A stretch of DNA of 47,067 bases from a virus, in the UHGV virus genome UHGV-0105892. The stretch is one strand, 5' to 3'. Under the pieces are notes generated by a model. The model saw only the letters and a program-made list of their open reading frames with translations. It had not been told where the DNA came from and searched no databases. This document shows, piece by piece, positions 1 to 11,170 of this stretch. Each line of letters opens with the position of its first letter. Position 1 is the first letter of the stretch. The translations under genes and the position numbers were made by a program.

Positions 1-2696
1 CTGATTCGATGGGTGTTTCTATCGGTCAGTTGAGGGCTATGGCCGCTCAGGGGCAGCTAACAACAGACGTTGTAGTTAAGGGGCTTCTGTCACAAGGGGA
101 TGCCATCGGCAAAGAATTTGCCAACACCACCGTCTCAATCGCCAAGGGATTGCAGGTAGCCGGCAACAACATAACTAAATTCTTCGGAGAAAGCTCAACG
201 GTTAAATCATTCTCCGTTGCATTCAGAGACTCTGTTATTTCCGTCAGTGAAAACCTTGATCAACTAGGAAAGATTCTTGCCGTGGTGGCTGCGGTCGTTG
301 GTAGCCGATATGTTGGCGCAATGACAATGGCAGCAGCAGCTACAGCCAAGCAGGTATTAGCTAACCGTCAGTTAGTAATTGCTGAACGAGACTCAACAGC
401 AACAGCAGCATTGCAGGCGCAGGGGCAACTTCGTGCAGCAGAAGCTGCGAAGATTCGCGCCCTTGAAGAAGTCCGACTGGCACAAATGATGAAGTCCACA
501 GCTATTAGCGCAACGCAGGCAGCAGCAGCAGAGGCAGCGTTATCTGCCGCGAGAACGAATGCGGCAACAGCAGCAGGACGTTATAACGCAGCGCTTGAGG
601 CAAACGCAGCGGCGCAAAACACAGCGGCGGCGGCGGCATCTAGAGCGTCTATAGCCACTGGCATTATGCGCGGCGCACTTGGGCTTGTCGGCGGCCCGGT
701 TGGCGCTGCAATGCTTGCTGGCGCAGCAATTTACTACTTCTGGCAGCAGGCTGAAAAAGCAAAAACGGAAGCAAGAGAGCTTGCTGATGGTGTTGAAAAC
801 CTAACCTCAAACATGAAATCCATGAGTCGGGTTCAACTATCAGCAGAAATAGCAAAGTTGCGCGGCACTATCCCACAACTAACTGAAGATGTTGCAGACG
901 CTCAGGATGCATTTAACAAGGCGACAGGTAGAGTTAAAAGCTATCAGCGTGAAATAGATAACTGGGGTGAGTCAACAAAACGAGGTCGGCAAGCGGCGCA
1001 AGCTATGCAAGGTGCGCTTGATGATCAGGCTGTTTCGGTTGCAAATCTTGAGAGCGCACAAAACAGGCTATCTCGCGTACAAAGTACAATCGGCATCGCT
1101 CAGGCACAGGTTAACGGACAATTTAAGCAGGGTATCGACCTGCTAAAAAGGCATGGAGAAGAAACTGGCGTTGTTGCTGGCATGATGAATCAGTTAGGCA
1201 ATTCCTTAAATTTTGCCGCCAAGGCTCAACAAAATTTCAACTCCTCTTCCCTTGTTATTCAGCGTCCTGCAAAAGTTCAGGAATATCTGGATAAACTTAG
1301 CGAGCAGGTAGAGCTGGAAGGTGAACTTGACGAGCGTAAAAGAGCACAGCTACGCGCAGAGAAAGAAATACGTGCGTTGGGTGGAAGTGATGCAGACGTG
1401 AGAATGGCAAGGGAGCGCGCTGGCGCTGAGTACGATTTGATTAAAGCGCGGCAGGACAGGAGAAATGAGGAATCAGCGTCACAGTCAGCAGCGAAAAAGG
1501 CAGCGAGTCAGCAAGAATCAATTGCGCAAAAGCTGGAAAACTTGAGAGAGAAAGCGGAACTTGCTACTGCTTCAACTGCGGAATTATCTAGAGAACAAAC
1601 AATTCTGTCGGCGCAACAATCACTAGGCAAGGCAGCTACAGAAGATCAAATCAGGCTGGCTGGAGAATATGCAGCCAGCGCATATGATGCAGCAAAAGCA
1701 CTTAAAGACCAACAAAAGGCAGAGAAAGAAAAGCAAGAAACTGAGCAAGCATATCAAAATCTTCGCGGTCAGGCTTCACCAACATTTCAGGTAGAAGATC
1801 AGTTTCAGAAGCAAATGCAGTCTCTGGATGCTTATGCCACACTTTACCCACAGAAGATAGCAGAGATTGAGCAGACTCGCGCAGCAATTGAGGCACAATA
1901 TCGCCAGCAGCGAATGGACGCCATGTGGGATGAGTGGCAGCAACAAAGCCTCGGGGCGCAACTTTTTGGCACGGCTCTTGATTCAGCGATGAGTACGGCA
2001 TCAAATAGCATCACTGGATTACTGACAGGTACAATGAGCGTTCAGGATGCCATGCGCAGTCTCGGCTCTACGGTTCTTAACTCTCTGGTAAATAGTTTCG
2101 TCGAAATGGGCGTGCAGTGGGTTAAATCTGCTGTTATGGGTCAGACTGCGCAGGTTGCAGCTACAGCTACCACCACGGCGGCGCAAACAGCAGGACTGGC
2201 AACCACAACGGCAGCATCGACGGCGGCGGCAGCCACCACCACAGCGGCATGGACTCCAGCGGCAATCGTGGCATCAATCGGCTCGTTTGGTGGTGCGGCT
2301 GCAATTGGTGTAGGTGCCGTTCTCGGAGCGCTGGCAATGGGTATCGCTGGCAAGCGAAAAAATGGTGGCCCCGTTAACGCCGGAAGTATGTACGAAGTGG
2401 GCGAGGGAAACGCACCAGAAATATTCCAGGCGAGCACAGGTAGGCAATACATGATACCTGGCAATTCAGGTAAGGTTATCAGCAATAAGGATATTTCCGG
2501 TGGAATCGGCGGTGGCGTTGTGGTCTATAATAATGTTTACAATAATTCAAGCAATGCTAGCGCCACAAGCAGAGCCACTGATAACGGTGATGGCTCTGTT
2601 ACAATTGAGACGATTGTGGCAGATATCGAGGCTGGCGGGCCGATATCAAACGCGATTACCAGCCATACTACTGCAACCAGAAGGGCGACAGAGTAA
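1..2696 (+). CDS. tail tape measure protein, 3' portion; continues in frame from 46470..47067 across the window ends
   Basis: Long Ala/Gln-rich coiled-coil protein with a Gly-rich hydrophobic C-terminal segment. Reading 47067 then 1-2 gives codon gct, so the two pieces join in frame (..VAL-A-DSMGVS..). It sits just downstream of the tail chaperone gene. Confidence 0.8.
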   Translation, partial: DSMGVSIGQLRAMAAQGQLTTDVVVKGLLSQGDAIGKEFANTTVSIAKGLQVAGNNITKFFGESSTVKSFSVAFRDSVISVSENLDQLGKILAVVAAVVGSRYVGAMTMAAAATAKQVLANRQLVIAERDSTATAALQAQGQLRAAEAAKIRALEEVRLAQMMKSTAISATQAAAAEAALSAARTNAATAAGRYNAALEANAAAQNTAAAAASRASIATGIMRGALGLVGGPVGAAMLAGAAIYYFWQQAEKAKTEARELADGVENLTSNMKSMSRVQLSAEIAKLRGTIPQLTEDVADAQDAFNKATGRVKSYQREIDNWGESTKRGRQAAQAMQGALDDQAVSVANLESAQNRLSRVQSTIGIAQAQVNGQFKQGIDLLKRHGEETGVVAGMMNQLGNSLNFAAKAQQNFNSSSLVIQRPAKVQEYLDKLSEQVELEGELDERKRAQLRAEKEIRALGGSDADVRMARERAGAEYDLIKARQDRRNEESASQSAAKKAASQQESIAQKLENLREKAELATASTAELSREQTILSAQQSLGKAATEDQIRLAGEYAASAYDAAKALKDQQKAEKEKQETEQAYQNLRGQASPTFQVEDQFQKQMQSLDAYATLYPQKIAEIEQTRAAIEAQYRQQRMDAMWDEWQQQSLGAQLFGTALDSAMSTASNSITGLLTGTMSVQDAMRSLGSTVLNSLVNSFVEMGVQWVKSAVMGQTAQVAATATTTAAQTAGLATTTAASTAAAATTTAAWTPAAIVASIGSFGGAAAIGVGAVLGALAMGIAGKRKNGGPVNAGSMYEVGEGNAPEIFQASTGRQYMIPGNSGKVISNKDISGGIGGGVVVYNNVYNNSSNASATSRATDNGDGSVTIETIVADIEAGGPISNAITSHTTATRRATE

Positions 2697-2722
2697 AAAG
2701 AGGCCCCTATGGGGCCTTGTTC
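2696..2722. terminator. bidirectional rho-independent terminator between the convergent TMP and homing-endonuclease genes
   Basis: Hairpin aggcccc-tat-ggggcct flanked by an A-run and a T-rich tract (approximate coordinates). Confidence 0.55.
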
Positions 2723-3585
2723 ATTATCTCATCCATTAATTCAGGTGAATACTTAAGCCACTCAGTTGCGCCATCAAACCCTGTCAGTCCTGCACTTTCG
2801 TATTTCTTATGATAGTGCTTTTCAATAGCAAGAGCATCTCCACCTGTTGTTTTTATTTTTGATATGACGTGAAAATCAAATGGTGTATTTTTCCTTAACT
2901 GACAAACTCGACGCCTAAGATTGTTAGTGACCCCAACTTTAATTTCGTTTCCTGAGAACAAGAAGTAAACATAGGCCTCTTCCTTCAGTTTGAACCCTCC
3001 TTTGGAGCAATGAGGACAACCTTGTCCTTGAATGTGCTTGTCTGGCGTCTTTGCAAACCATCCATGTTCTGGACATTTTATCCTCATTTTTGTTGTCACA
3101 TTAATGTATGACAAGCGATCATAATGGTATTTATTCCCATGAATTATAATGGCATCTTTCTTGAACTTATTGAAACCATTAGTTACAGATGCTTTAGTTT
3201 TCTCCCTTGCGCAAACTGGACAACCACACCCATTAAGGTGACTGTTGGCTTCCTGAGAAAACTCAAAATTATGTACCTTGCATATTATTTTTACCTTCTT
3301 GTGACCACCTCTATATTCAACTTTAGAATAATCATAAGAGTCACCATGCTTTGCAATCGCATCAGCCACAAATTCACGCGTTGTTTTCCTCTTATTTCCA
3401 GAGCAAGAAGGGCATCCAGCTCCATTCAAATGAGAGTTTGGAGTCTGCTCGAATAACCCATGCTTACGGCATGTTATCTTTACCTTTATCGAACTTTTTA
3501 TATAAGAAACAGCATCATAAAGATATTTATCACCATGAATCGCTCTGGCTTTTATAATAAATTCTTCAGCGGTTGACTTGCTCAT
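2707..3585 (-). CDS. free-standing homing endonuclease: three tandem Zn-ribbon repeats plus a C-terminal GIY-YIG/T5orf172-like domain
   Basis: About 45-aa repeats of the form KYxYD..(K/R)..I.C.KHG.F.Q.P..HL.G.GCP.C occur three times. The C-terminus reads AYVYFL..KVGVT..RR. It is inserted between the TMP and minor tail genes on the opposite strand. Confidence 0.6.
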   Translation of the reverse strand: MSKSTAEEFIIKARAIHGDKYLYDAVSYIKSSIKVKITCRKHGLFEQTPNSHLNGAGCPSCSGNKRKTTREFVADAIAKHGDSYDYSKVEYRGGHKKVKIICKVHNFEFSQEANSHLNGCGCPVCAREKTKASVTNGFNKFKKDAIIIHGNKYHYDRLSYINVTTKMRIKCPEHGWFAKTPDKHIQGQGCPHCSKGGFKLKEEAYVYFLFSGNEIKVGVTNNLRRRVCQLRKNTPFDFHVISKIKTTGGDALAIEKHYHKKYESAGLTGFDGATEWLKYSPELMDEIMNKAP

Positions 3586-3722
3586 GATTGAACCCTCGGT
3601 TAAAGGTGGTTTGAAGTGATGCAGCAGGCGATAACCAATCGCTTTTCGTCTGGCCGGACTAGCTGCAACTATGATTGTACCATCAACGTGCTAAAATACA
3701 ACAATACAAAATGGAGACTGCC

Positions 3723-4193
3723 ATGCCTATACCTTACCCGAGCTGGTTGCCTTTAGCGCAAAGGGCCAGCAAAAACCTAACGTTTCAGACTCCTTTCAGG
3801 AAGGATACGCCAGCTGTTGGCGCACCAATATTCCAGAAGTTAACAACTGATGTCTGTGCGTCATGGAACCTTACGTGGGTCTTTACGCTCAAGCAGGAGC
3901 GAGCTTTTATTCAGTGGTTAAGAAGCAGCAAATACCTCAATCACTGTAATGAATGGTTCACGATGGATATCGATCTTGGTGGCAGCGGATTACAGAATCA
4001 GACTTTGCACTTTACTGATTACCCCGTGCAGACAAGCATTAATGGCGGCATCGTCACATGGACTGGAAATGTCATCTGTAAAACCCTCAATAACTCCATG
4101 GATGAGTTTGATGATGTGCTTGTTGAGCTTGATGAGAGATGGTTTTCATGGCTCGATGAAGTGGTTAACAGGGATTTACCGGAGTATCCATAA
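3723..4193 (+). CDS. minor tail protein (lambda gpM-like position)
   Basis: First gene of the distal-tail cluster after the TMP. An internal ATG at 3723 has a GGAG SD; the ORF in the track starts at 3675. Confidence 0.45.
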   Translation: MPIPYPSWLPLAQRASKNLTFQTPFRKDTPAVGAPIFQKLTTDVCASWNLTWVFTLKQERAFIQWLRSSKYLNHCNEWFTMDIDLGGSGLQNQTLHFTDYPVQTSINGGIVTWTGNVICKTLNNSMDEFDDVLVELDERWFSWLDEVVNRDLPEYP

Positions 4194-4663
4194 TGCCAAC
4201 ATTGCGTGAATACCAGTCAAAAAGGCCAAACTGGAAGCTGTATGACACCATAACCTTTTATCATTCTTCATTTGGTTATGTCCGGCTAGTTGGCAATGAG
4301 TTTTCTGATATTGTACTTGGCGGTCAGACTTACCAGCCAGTGCGTATGGATGTAACCAGAAGCCAGCAATCGAACACGCCGGTAATCAATGCCACGCTGA
4401 AGTTTGCGAGACTGGCAAATGACTTTAAGCAATATTTAAAGTTATGGTCAGGTTCTGGACGCATTGAGCCTATCACTGCGTTATACCAGCGTTTTGACGA
4501 GACTGACAAAAACACACCATTAAAACCATATACGCTTTATGTTAACGATGTGACGCTTGATCATTCTGATGTAACTGTCTCCATATCTATAAAAAACCCA
4601 ATCAATGGCAACGTGGCAAAACTTTATGACATCACAGAATTTCCCGGACTGCGTACCGTTTGA
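4193..4663 (+). CDS. minor tail protein (gpL-like position)
   Basis: Start overlaps the stop of the previous gene (ATGA). Synteny within the tail tip cluster. Confidence 0.45.
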   Translation: MPTLREYQSKRPNWKLYDTITFYHSSFGYVRLVGNEFSDIVLGGQTYQPVRMDVTRSQQSNTPVINATLKFARLANDFKQYLKLWSGSGRIEPITALYQRFDETDKNTPLKPYTLYVNDVTLDHSDVTVSISIKNPINGNVAKLYDITEFPGLRTV

Positions 4664-4676
4664 CGATTTTGAAAGA

Positions 4677-5084
4677 ATGATGGCTGGCAAGCCATACGTT
4701 GACAGATGCTGTCACGTTGATGCAGTTGACTGCTGGGGTCTGGTGGTGCTTTTCTATCGTCTTTGCATGAATGTTAATGTCCATCATGATGATTCATATT
4801 CAAATGGCGGAGATTTTGCCACTTGCTTCAATGGGGAAGTTTCATTCTGGAAAGACACCGACCATCCCAAAACTGGCGATGTGGTGGTTGCCTATCGCGG
4901 GAGTCACCCGGTACATGTCGCGCTATGGTGGGGTCGTGATAAAATACTGCATGCGCGAGAGAAAACGGCAGTCAAGACAGACCGCCTTAAAACACTCGAA
5001 AAATTATCAACAAAATTAAGGTTCCTGACTTATGCCGGTTATTCACATTCAGAAGATGCCAGGAGTTCCAAAAGAGACGGGTAA
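4677..5084 (+). CDS. tail assembly protein K-like, NlpC/P60 family
   Basis: Cys-His-His triad context [17 protein letters not shown]. The ORF in the track runs from 4605; the ATG at 4677 follows the stop of the previous gene. Confidence 0.6.
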   Translation: MMAGKPYVDRCCHVDAVDCWGLVVLFYRLCMNVNVHHDDSYSNGGDFATCFNGEVSFWKDTDHPKTGDVVVAYRGSHPVHVALWWGRDKILHAREKTAVKTDRLKTLEKLSTKLRFLTYAGYSHSEDARSSKRDG

Positions 5085-7512
5085 TGTTCCTGCTGGCACA
5101 AATCTGTGGAGATGGCTGGAGAATTCCGGTCTTCCATCTGACATCAGGATTGCACTGAATGGCCGCATTTTTGGCCCTGATGATGAATTGTCGATATCGT
5201 TAAAGCAAAACGATATTGTTAACATTTACTGCCAGCCTCGCGGCGCCATTGGCGACCTTATCAGCACGATACTCAAGCCTGTAACTAAGGTTCTTTCTTT
5301 TCTGCTGCCAAAAGCATCAACGCCATCAACCAGCACTGGTGCTACGGTTGAATCACCCAATAACAGCCTGAAATCTCAAACCAATATTGCGCGAAATGGA
5401 GAGGCAAGACCTGACAACTTCGGTCAGATAAGGGCATTCCCTGACCTGATTCAGGAATCGCTTTTTGAATACATTGACGATCTGAAGTACGTCACTGAGT
5501 TCATGAACTTTGGCCTTGGGAAATACACCATTTCTTCGGTTCGCTACGCGGAAACTAATCTTGGCTCCCTGCCGGGGGCAAGTCACGTCATCTACAATCC
5601 AGGCGATGTTATCGGACAAATCATTGAGCCTTACCAGTTCGACGGACTTGATGGTCAGGAGGTTCCAGGGCTTAATGAATCGGAAGACACCCCGATAGAG
5701 ACAGCAACCACGACATCTGTTACCAGCGGAAATTACGCTGGCGGCCAGCTGTTGATGGTCATACCAAAAAACACCGATTTCGATTACTTTATGGGGCTGT
5801 CTCTTCCTCATTCAGTAACATTAACAATAAATATAACTTACAGCACAACGTCAGGTACTGTAACCAAAAACATTGAGCTTAGCGGCAACATCATTTCCGC
5901 CGAGGAAACTGAGACAGGAACTGCGCCTGATATTCAGTATTTTTATAATTTCACCTTCAATAACCTGACTGGCGCAAATCTTGGCAACCTGACCGGCGCA
6001 ACCATCAATAACACTTATTTCCAGATTGTGGATAATGAGGCGCTTGTTGTTGGCCCATATGTTGGAGCCGTGGAATCGACGCAGGTATGGGTTCACGTTC
6101 AATCGGAGCTTGGGCCTACCAGTGGCACGGCAGATTATCTGATCAAGGTATGGGCGGTTGATGATAATGGGGATGCCATTCCAGGAACCGAGGAGCAGAT
6201 CGCAGACAGTATTGACAACCCATTTAATCAGACAACAAAAACCTATTATCGCACGTATAAGTTAACCCCTGCTTATGGGCTGGCTAAGTATGCCATCAGC
6301 ATTGAAAGGACAAACAATTCAAACTCTGGCAACCGCGTAACGTTGCAGGCGGCGCACGCTATCAACATCCGCGAGAATGTGGTTTATCCTGATGACACCC
6401 TTGTTAAAGTGACAGTGAAGGCCACGCTTCAGCCCACATCAGTTACTGAGCGCAAATATAATGCGCTAATCACCCGCTGGACTATTGGATATAACAGAAC
6501 AACCGGGACAGTCGACTATACGTTAACTCCATCAAGAAGTTTTGCAGATTCAGTGCTGCATAACTGGCTTATTACTGCTGGTCAGCCTGAAAGCACTATT
6601 GACGTTGGAAGGCTCTATGAAATAGCTGACGCACTGCCTGATGAGCGTCTTGGTTATTTTGATTACACATTTGACGATGAGGATAAATCGATCGGTGAAC
6701 GAATTCAGACCATCTGTGATGCAGCTCGCGTGACGGTGTTTTGGGATGATGGCGTTTTATCTTTTTCAAGAGATGAGCAAAAATCAACACCTGAAACCGT
6801 GTTCAATACCAGAAATACACAGGCCGATGGCTATAAAATGTCTTATGACATGACTCTGCCGGGGTCATATGATGGAGTAAGTGTTCAGTACCGCGACCCA
6901 AACACCAACAAACAGGCTTACGTTTATTATAAAGTTGGCACTTCTGGTATAGAGCCTGGAGAGCCGACTAAGCCGAAAAAATTCGACATGCTATATGTTC
7001 GGAATCTGTACCAGGCAACAGACCGGGCTATGCTTGAGTGCAATCGTCTGATGTACTCACGCCGAGGCATGGAGATAAAGGCGCTTGCAGATGGCGAGTG
7101 GGTGAACGTTGGCGATATGATTTCTGTTGTCGACATTTATGATTCAGTTCAGCAGACTGGCGTTATCCGTTCAAGGTCTGGAAATGTATTTACCACCAGT
7201 GAACAGCTCACAGCGGGAAGCAGCCTGTTTGTGGTTATCACCGGCGCCAATGGGAATGTATCAGAGCGTTTGGTTTGTACAGTTACCGGTTTGAACACGT
7301 TCGAGTGCGCATTGCCATCTGATTTCGAGTTAAACATTTTTGACGGTGTTAATGTTCAGTCAGAATCAAGATATGCCATCTCAACAGAGGTTGAGCTTGA
7401 CTCAACGTTATGGACAGTCAGCCAGAAAACTCCAGGCACAGATGGCACGGTGTCTCTTACAGTAACTGAGTATAATGACGCCATGTACGCCTACACCAAC
7501 CCTGTTGCGTGA
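5032..7512 (+). CDS. tail tip / host-specificity protein (gpJ-like) with an N-terminal gpI-like segment
   Basis: 826 aa, Thr/Ser/Asn-rich beta-type sequence, positioned after the K-like gene. N-terminal 100 aa look like tail assembly protein I. Overlaps the K-like gene by about 50 nt. Confidence 0.55.
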   Translation: MPVIHIQKMPGVPKETGNVPAGTNLWRWLENSGLPSDIRIALNGRIFGPDDELSISLKQNDIVNIYCQPRGAIGDLISTILKPVTKVLSFLLPKASTPSTSTGATVESPNNSLKSQTNIARNGEARPDNFGQIRAFPDLIQESLFEYIDDLKYVTEFMNFGLGKYTISSVRYAETNLGSLPGASHVIYNPGDVIGQIIEPYQFDGLDGQEVPGLNESEDTPIETATTTSVTSGNYAGGQLLMVIPKNTDFDYFMGLSLPHSVTLTINITYSTTSGTVTKNIELSGNIISAEETETGTAPDIQYFYNFTFNNLTGANLGNLTGATINNTYFQIVDNEALVVGPYVGAVESTQVWVHVQSELGPTSGTADYLIKVWAVDDNGDAIPGTEEQIADSIDNPFNQTTKTYYRTYKLTPAYGLAKYAISIERTNNSNSGNRVTLQAAHAINIRENVVYPDDTLVKVTVKATLQPTSVTERKYNALITRWTIGYNRTTGTVDYTLTPSRSFADSVLHNWLITAGQPESTIDVGRLYEIADALPDERLGYFDYTFDDEDKSIGERIQTICDAARVTVFWDDGVLSFSRDEQKSTPETVFNTRNTQADGYKMSYDMTLPGSYDGVSVQYRDPNTNKQAYVYYKVGTSGIEPGEPTKPKKFDMLYVRNLYQATDRAMLECNRLMYSRRGMEIKALADGEWVNVGDMISVVDIYDSVQQTGVIRSRSGNVFTTSEQLTAGSSLFVVITGANGNVSERLVCTVTGLNTFECALPSDFELNIFDGVNVQSESRYAISTEVELDSTLWTVSQKTPGTDGTVSLTVTEYNDAMYAYTNPVA

Positions 7513-7532
7513 TACAATAGGGCAATTAATGA

Positions 7533-9815
7533 TTGCGGAGATTGCAGCCAATGGCTACCACCCCAACTAACAATCCAATCCCTTCTGAAGACCCGCGAGA
7601 CCTGAAGTTTAACGCCGGGAAGATTGATGAAGAGGTTAACGGAAGTGCTGATTACTACACTGACCGATTCAGCGCGCAGAGGCTGACGAATACAGGCAGG
7701 AATAATCATTTTGAAACTCAGATGACCAACCAACAGAATTCTTTTAATCAATTCATTTTGAGTTCTGGTTATCAATTTATGGGGGATTATACCTCCGGGA
7801 TTATAACGCTATCGTCCATTAATCAAGTCTTACGCTACAATGGTGAATTGTGGCGGCTGAATGCATCAACCACGCCGCCTTTCACCACGACGGGCACCAA
7901 CTCCACAACATGGGCCGCGGACTCACTGCATTTCGTAAGCGTAGGGGATGCAGCACTACGGCAGGAAATGGCCGCGGTTACGGGGCCAGGGCTTATCGGT
8001 TACAGCATTTTACAGGCATTTAACCGCGGCACCGTAGGTTATAAGCTGAATTTCCAGATGACTCCTTACGATTTCGGAGCTATTGCCGACGGCACGGTGC
8101 ATCCATTGTCTGAACGATATGCCTCTCTTGCACTTGCTCAGGTAGATTACCCGTTTGTAACATCATTAACGCAATCCATAGATTACGCGGCTTTTCAGAG
8201 ATGTGTTAATGAGATGGTCACCCGCGGCGCTGCCGGGATGTCAATGGGTGGTAGGGGACAGTACGCACTCAACGCAACAGTGACCGTGAATAAGACGGCC
8301 AGCGTGAACGAGGCTAATAAATATATCGATTTTAGTGGCGCCGAGATTATGTCTTATGGCGGATCTCTGATTTTAAATGACACGGCCTTTTCCGGATGGA
8401 ACCTGGTTAATGGGGTGACTTTATCGGGGTCGACGCTTGTTTTTGCTGGTACTACTGCCGCGCAAGCATCCGCCAGCATAACATTAACCGGGCTGACTGT
8501 AGGGAAAAAATACGCGGTTAGCGTTGTTTCTGAAACGTATACCTCGACCGGTACTCTTCGCGTGCGGATTGACGGTGTGGCGATATCGAATTCCAATGAA
8601 TCCGGTCCCGCTGCAAGGTATGCAGCATTTACAGCCACGGCTACCAGCCACGTTTTGGAATTAAGGGATGATACGTATTCGGTGACGCCGACCGCTTGCG
8701 TTGTTAAAGAGGTTGATATTCGAGAGGCGTTTTACCCTATATTGTTTAAGCAGGCGGGGACCGCGATAACCCACGGCAGCTTAATCGTTAACAACCTTCG
8801 TATAGTAAACAAAAATTCGAACGCTTTTGGCGGTCTGCGCTGCGAAGACCTTAACCACGCGCTGTTAGCTGGCGTGACCGGAATTGATGGTTTTTACGGC
8901 CCAGCGGTACATATGCTTAATATGGCTAGATGGTCAGAGAATAACCGTATATTTATGCTTAAGTCCGCTAATAACCGCGAAGCTATTCGATTCAATCGAG
9001 AATACATAAGTGGTGCTAATACCGGGCAAAACTCATTTGCAAGGACCCAGATAGGTCCTATGATTATTTCAGGAAACCGGTATGCTTTTGTTTGCGGGCC
9101 CGCTTGCTCGGTGTATGACTCCGAGATTGGTACTGTAAACGGCAACCTTACCTCCAATTTCCGCGCGATATTTTGCCTACATGGCGACCAGACAGATACT
9201 AAAGCTCCCGCGGTCCGCGTTGAAAATAACAGCGCCCCGGAGTCTGCTGGCGTTTTTGAGTATGGATTAAACGATCTTAGACGGATATCTCTTGGCAACG
9301 TCGGCACTTATACCGGTTTAAATCTTACCGCGAGCGGGTCTTTTGCTGCCGGTGAGGTGACTCTTGAGAATGATATTTCATCGCACGATTTCAGGCCATC
9401 AGTACCTCGTTTTAACACACTATCTTTCGGGGAAAAATCTGGCCCATTAGGCACCGGTCTTACTTATTCACAAGGTACATATATGTGGTCTGAGATCCTG
9501 CTTGATTGCACTCCTGGTGTAGCGTATCAAATAGGTATTAGCCGTGGCTTGTCCCCTTTCCATGGCGTTATTGAGATCGACGCGGGTTTAAGACTCGCGG
9601 ATGGGGCGAGTTATCAAGGGACTAAATTCTCAACTAAGGTGTTAAAGGGCGCGGTCGCTTCCGCTGACGCGTTGAAAGTTGTGGCGTATAGCGCATCACA
9701 TGACATATCTGGCGAAACTTTGGCAATGACTTGGCCAGCTAACTCAGCTCCGGCTTTGGCACTCACGGCAGAAGTAAACCGGTCTATTCAGATTTTTGCA
9801 AGGTGGACGTCATGA
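7533..9815 (+). CDS. tail fibre / receptor-binding protein
   Basis: 760 aa, Gly/Thr/Ser/Asn-rich with repetitive beta-helix-like C-terminal region. It is the last large gene of the tail module. Confidence 0.5.
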   Translation: MRRLQPMATTPTNNPIPSEDPRDLKFNAGKIDEEVNGSADYYTDRFSAQRLTNTGRNNHFETQMTNQQNSFNQFILSSGYQFMGDYTSGIITLSSINQVLRYNGELWRLNASTTPPFTTTGTNSTTWAADSLHFVSVGDAALRQEMAAVTGPGLIGYSILQAFNRGTVGYKLNFQMTPYDFGAIADGTVHPLSERYASLALAQVDYPFVTSLTQSIDYAAFQRCVNEMVTRGAAGMSMGGRGQYALNATVTVNKTASVNEANKYIDFSGAEIMSYGGSLILNDTAFSGWNLVNGVTLSGSTLVFAGTTAAQASASITLTGLTVGKKYAVSVVSETYTSTGTLRVRIDGVAISNSNESGPAARYAAFTATATSHVLELRDDTYSVTPTACVVKEVDIREAFYPILFKQAGTAITHGSLIVNNLRIVNKNSNAFGGLRCEDLNHALLAGVTGIDGFYGPAVHMLNMARWSENNRIFMLKSANNREAIRFNREYISGANTGQNSFARTQIGPMIISGNRYAFVCGPACSVYDSEIGTVNGNLTSNFRAIFCLHGDQTDTKAPAVRVENNSAPESAGVFEYGLNDLRRISLGNVGTYTGLNLTASGSFAAGEVTLENDISSHDFRPSVPRFNTLSFGEKSGPLGTGLTYSQGTYMWSEILLDCTPGVAYQIGISRGLSPFHGVIEIDAGLRLADGASYQGTKFSTKVLKGAVASADALKVVAYSASHDISGETLAMTWPANSAPALALTAEVNRSIQIFARWTS

Positions 9816-10057
9816 ATATTAATTTTGTTTTACCAATAGCGGGTTACTCCGGATTCAGCGTTGATGATATTGTCACCGCTTTTTTGTCTGGAAATAGTAA
9901 GGATGATGTTTTTTCTGCTTTCCAGAGCATAAAAGGCGAGAATAAAGGACGAAATGATTTTTTCTACGACTACATACGGGGCTTATGCGTCCGATATCCT
10001 GAATTACTGGAGTCGATAAACGCCCTGCGAAAAGATAATGGCGTTTCTGAAATATAA
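9803..10057 (+). CDS. hypothetical protein downstream of the tail fibre
   Basis: 84-aa ORF overlapping the fibre gene stop; followed by a strong terminator. Confidence 0.35.
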   Translation: MDVMNINFVLPIAGYSGFSVDDIVTAFLSGNSKDDVFSAFQSIKGENKGRNDFFYDYIRGLCVRYPELLESINALRKDNGVSEI

Positions 10058-10059
10058 TT

Positions 10060-10084
10060 AAAAAGGGCCGCAAGGCCCTTTCTT
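10060..10084. terminator. bidirectional rho-independent terminator
   Basis: agggcc-gcaa-ggccct hairpin between an A-run and a T-run, at the junction of the tail module (+) and the replication arm (-). Confidence 0.7.
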
Positions 10085-10086
10085 CA

Positions 10087-10590
10087 TCAAAACGGAATAT
10101 CATCATCAAAATCCATCGGCGGCTCGTTTGCCTGTGGTTTTGACGTGTTTGATGGCTGCTGAGGTTTACCCCATCCTGATTGCTGATTGCTTCCTGATTG
10201 TTGTCGCTGCTGTGATTGTTGGTTTCCATTATCACTTGATTTACCACCAATCATTTGCATAACGCCGTTCATCGGCTGCAAGACGATTTCAGTAGTGTAT
10301 TTTTCAACACCGCTTTGATCTGTCCATTTTCGAGTGCGTAATTTACCCTCTATGTATACCTGAGAGCCTTTGCGCAGGTATTCGCCAGCTACCTCAGCCA
10401 GCTTTCCGAAGACAACCACGCGATGCCATTCTGTCTGCTCTTTCTTTTCCCCTGTTGCTTTATCGTTCCACTGCTCTGATGTTGCAACGGAAAGATTGGC
10501 AATTGCAGAACCTGATGCTGAATATCTAATTTCCGGGTCATTACCAACTCGACCAAGGATTATGCACTTATTAATACCAATCGAAGACAT
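10087..10590 (-). CDS. ssb: single-stranded DNA-binding protein
   Basis: N-terminus [23 protein letters not shown].., an OB-fold SSB signature. Gly/Gln-rich tail ending in the acidic DDDIPF. Confidence 0.9.
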   Translation of the reverse strand: MSSIGINKCIILGRVGNDPEIRYSASGSAIANLSVATSEQWNDKATGEKKEQTEWHRVVVFGKLAEVAGEYLRKGSQVYIEGKLRTRKWTDQSGVEKYTTEIVLQPMNGVMQMIGGKSSDNGNQQSQQRQQSGSNQQSGWGKPQQPSNTSKPQANEPPMDFDDDIPF

Positions 10591-11090
10591 TACTTGAATC
10601 TCCCGTTTTTATCTCTTAATCTGCCATTATGATTCTCTGTGGCGTGTAATGATGCGTGCTCTGACTTCGTCATAAGCATTAGGTTACTTGGATGGTTGTT
10701 TGTTTTATCATGGTCTATATGATGAACGCATTCATTGTGAAACAACCTCCTCCCAATAATGCCTTCCATAACTACAACATGCTCTCCTCTTCCTTTGTTT
10801 TCACCCATAGTTATCTCGACATAACCGTTCGGTTTTACAGAGCGCCCCTTGCCAACTCCTTTCTTTGATTTTGATATATTTTGCTTCCATTCTTCGGTAA
10901 ACTCTCGTTTTTTACCCCTAAGCCCTGAGCCAAGTCTTCCATCTGCGGCAGCAATTCTTATTGCATCTCCTCTGCTTCTCAATATTCCGGCTTTCTTAAA
11001 TCTAAACCTCAATGTTGACATGGCTATTCCTGTTTCATTGGAGATTTGAGGGATGCTCATGCCAGACAAATACATATCAAACTCATTCAT
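10590..11090 (-). CDS. HNH homing endonuclease with N-terminal HTH
   Basis: HHIDHD.TNN...NL.L.T..EH motif. AGGAGGTG SD precedes the ATG at 11090; the ORF in the track extends to 11108. Confidence 0.7.
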   Translation of the reverse strand: MNEFDMYLSGMSIPQISNETGIAMSTLRFRFKKAGILRSRGDAIRIAAADGRLGSGLRGKKREFTEEWKQNISKSKKGVGKGRSVKPNGYVEITMGENKGRGEHVVVMEGIIGRRLFHNECVHHIDHDKTNNHPSNLMLMTKSEHASLHATENHNGRLRDKNGRFK

Positions 11091-11170
11091 ATGCACCTCC
11101 TTGTGCAATATAGTAATTTACAACCATTAAGTCAACTTTTAATTACTTTATTTACGCCGCGAGCCATTTA

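Noticed and set aside
664-2485. Several 60-114 aa ORFs on both strands inside the tape-measure gene
   Set aside because: They are generated by Ala/Gln/Thr-rich low-complexity coding repeats and are nested in a long continuous ORF.
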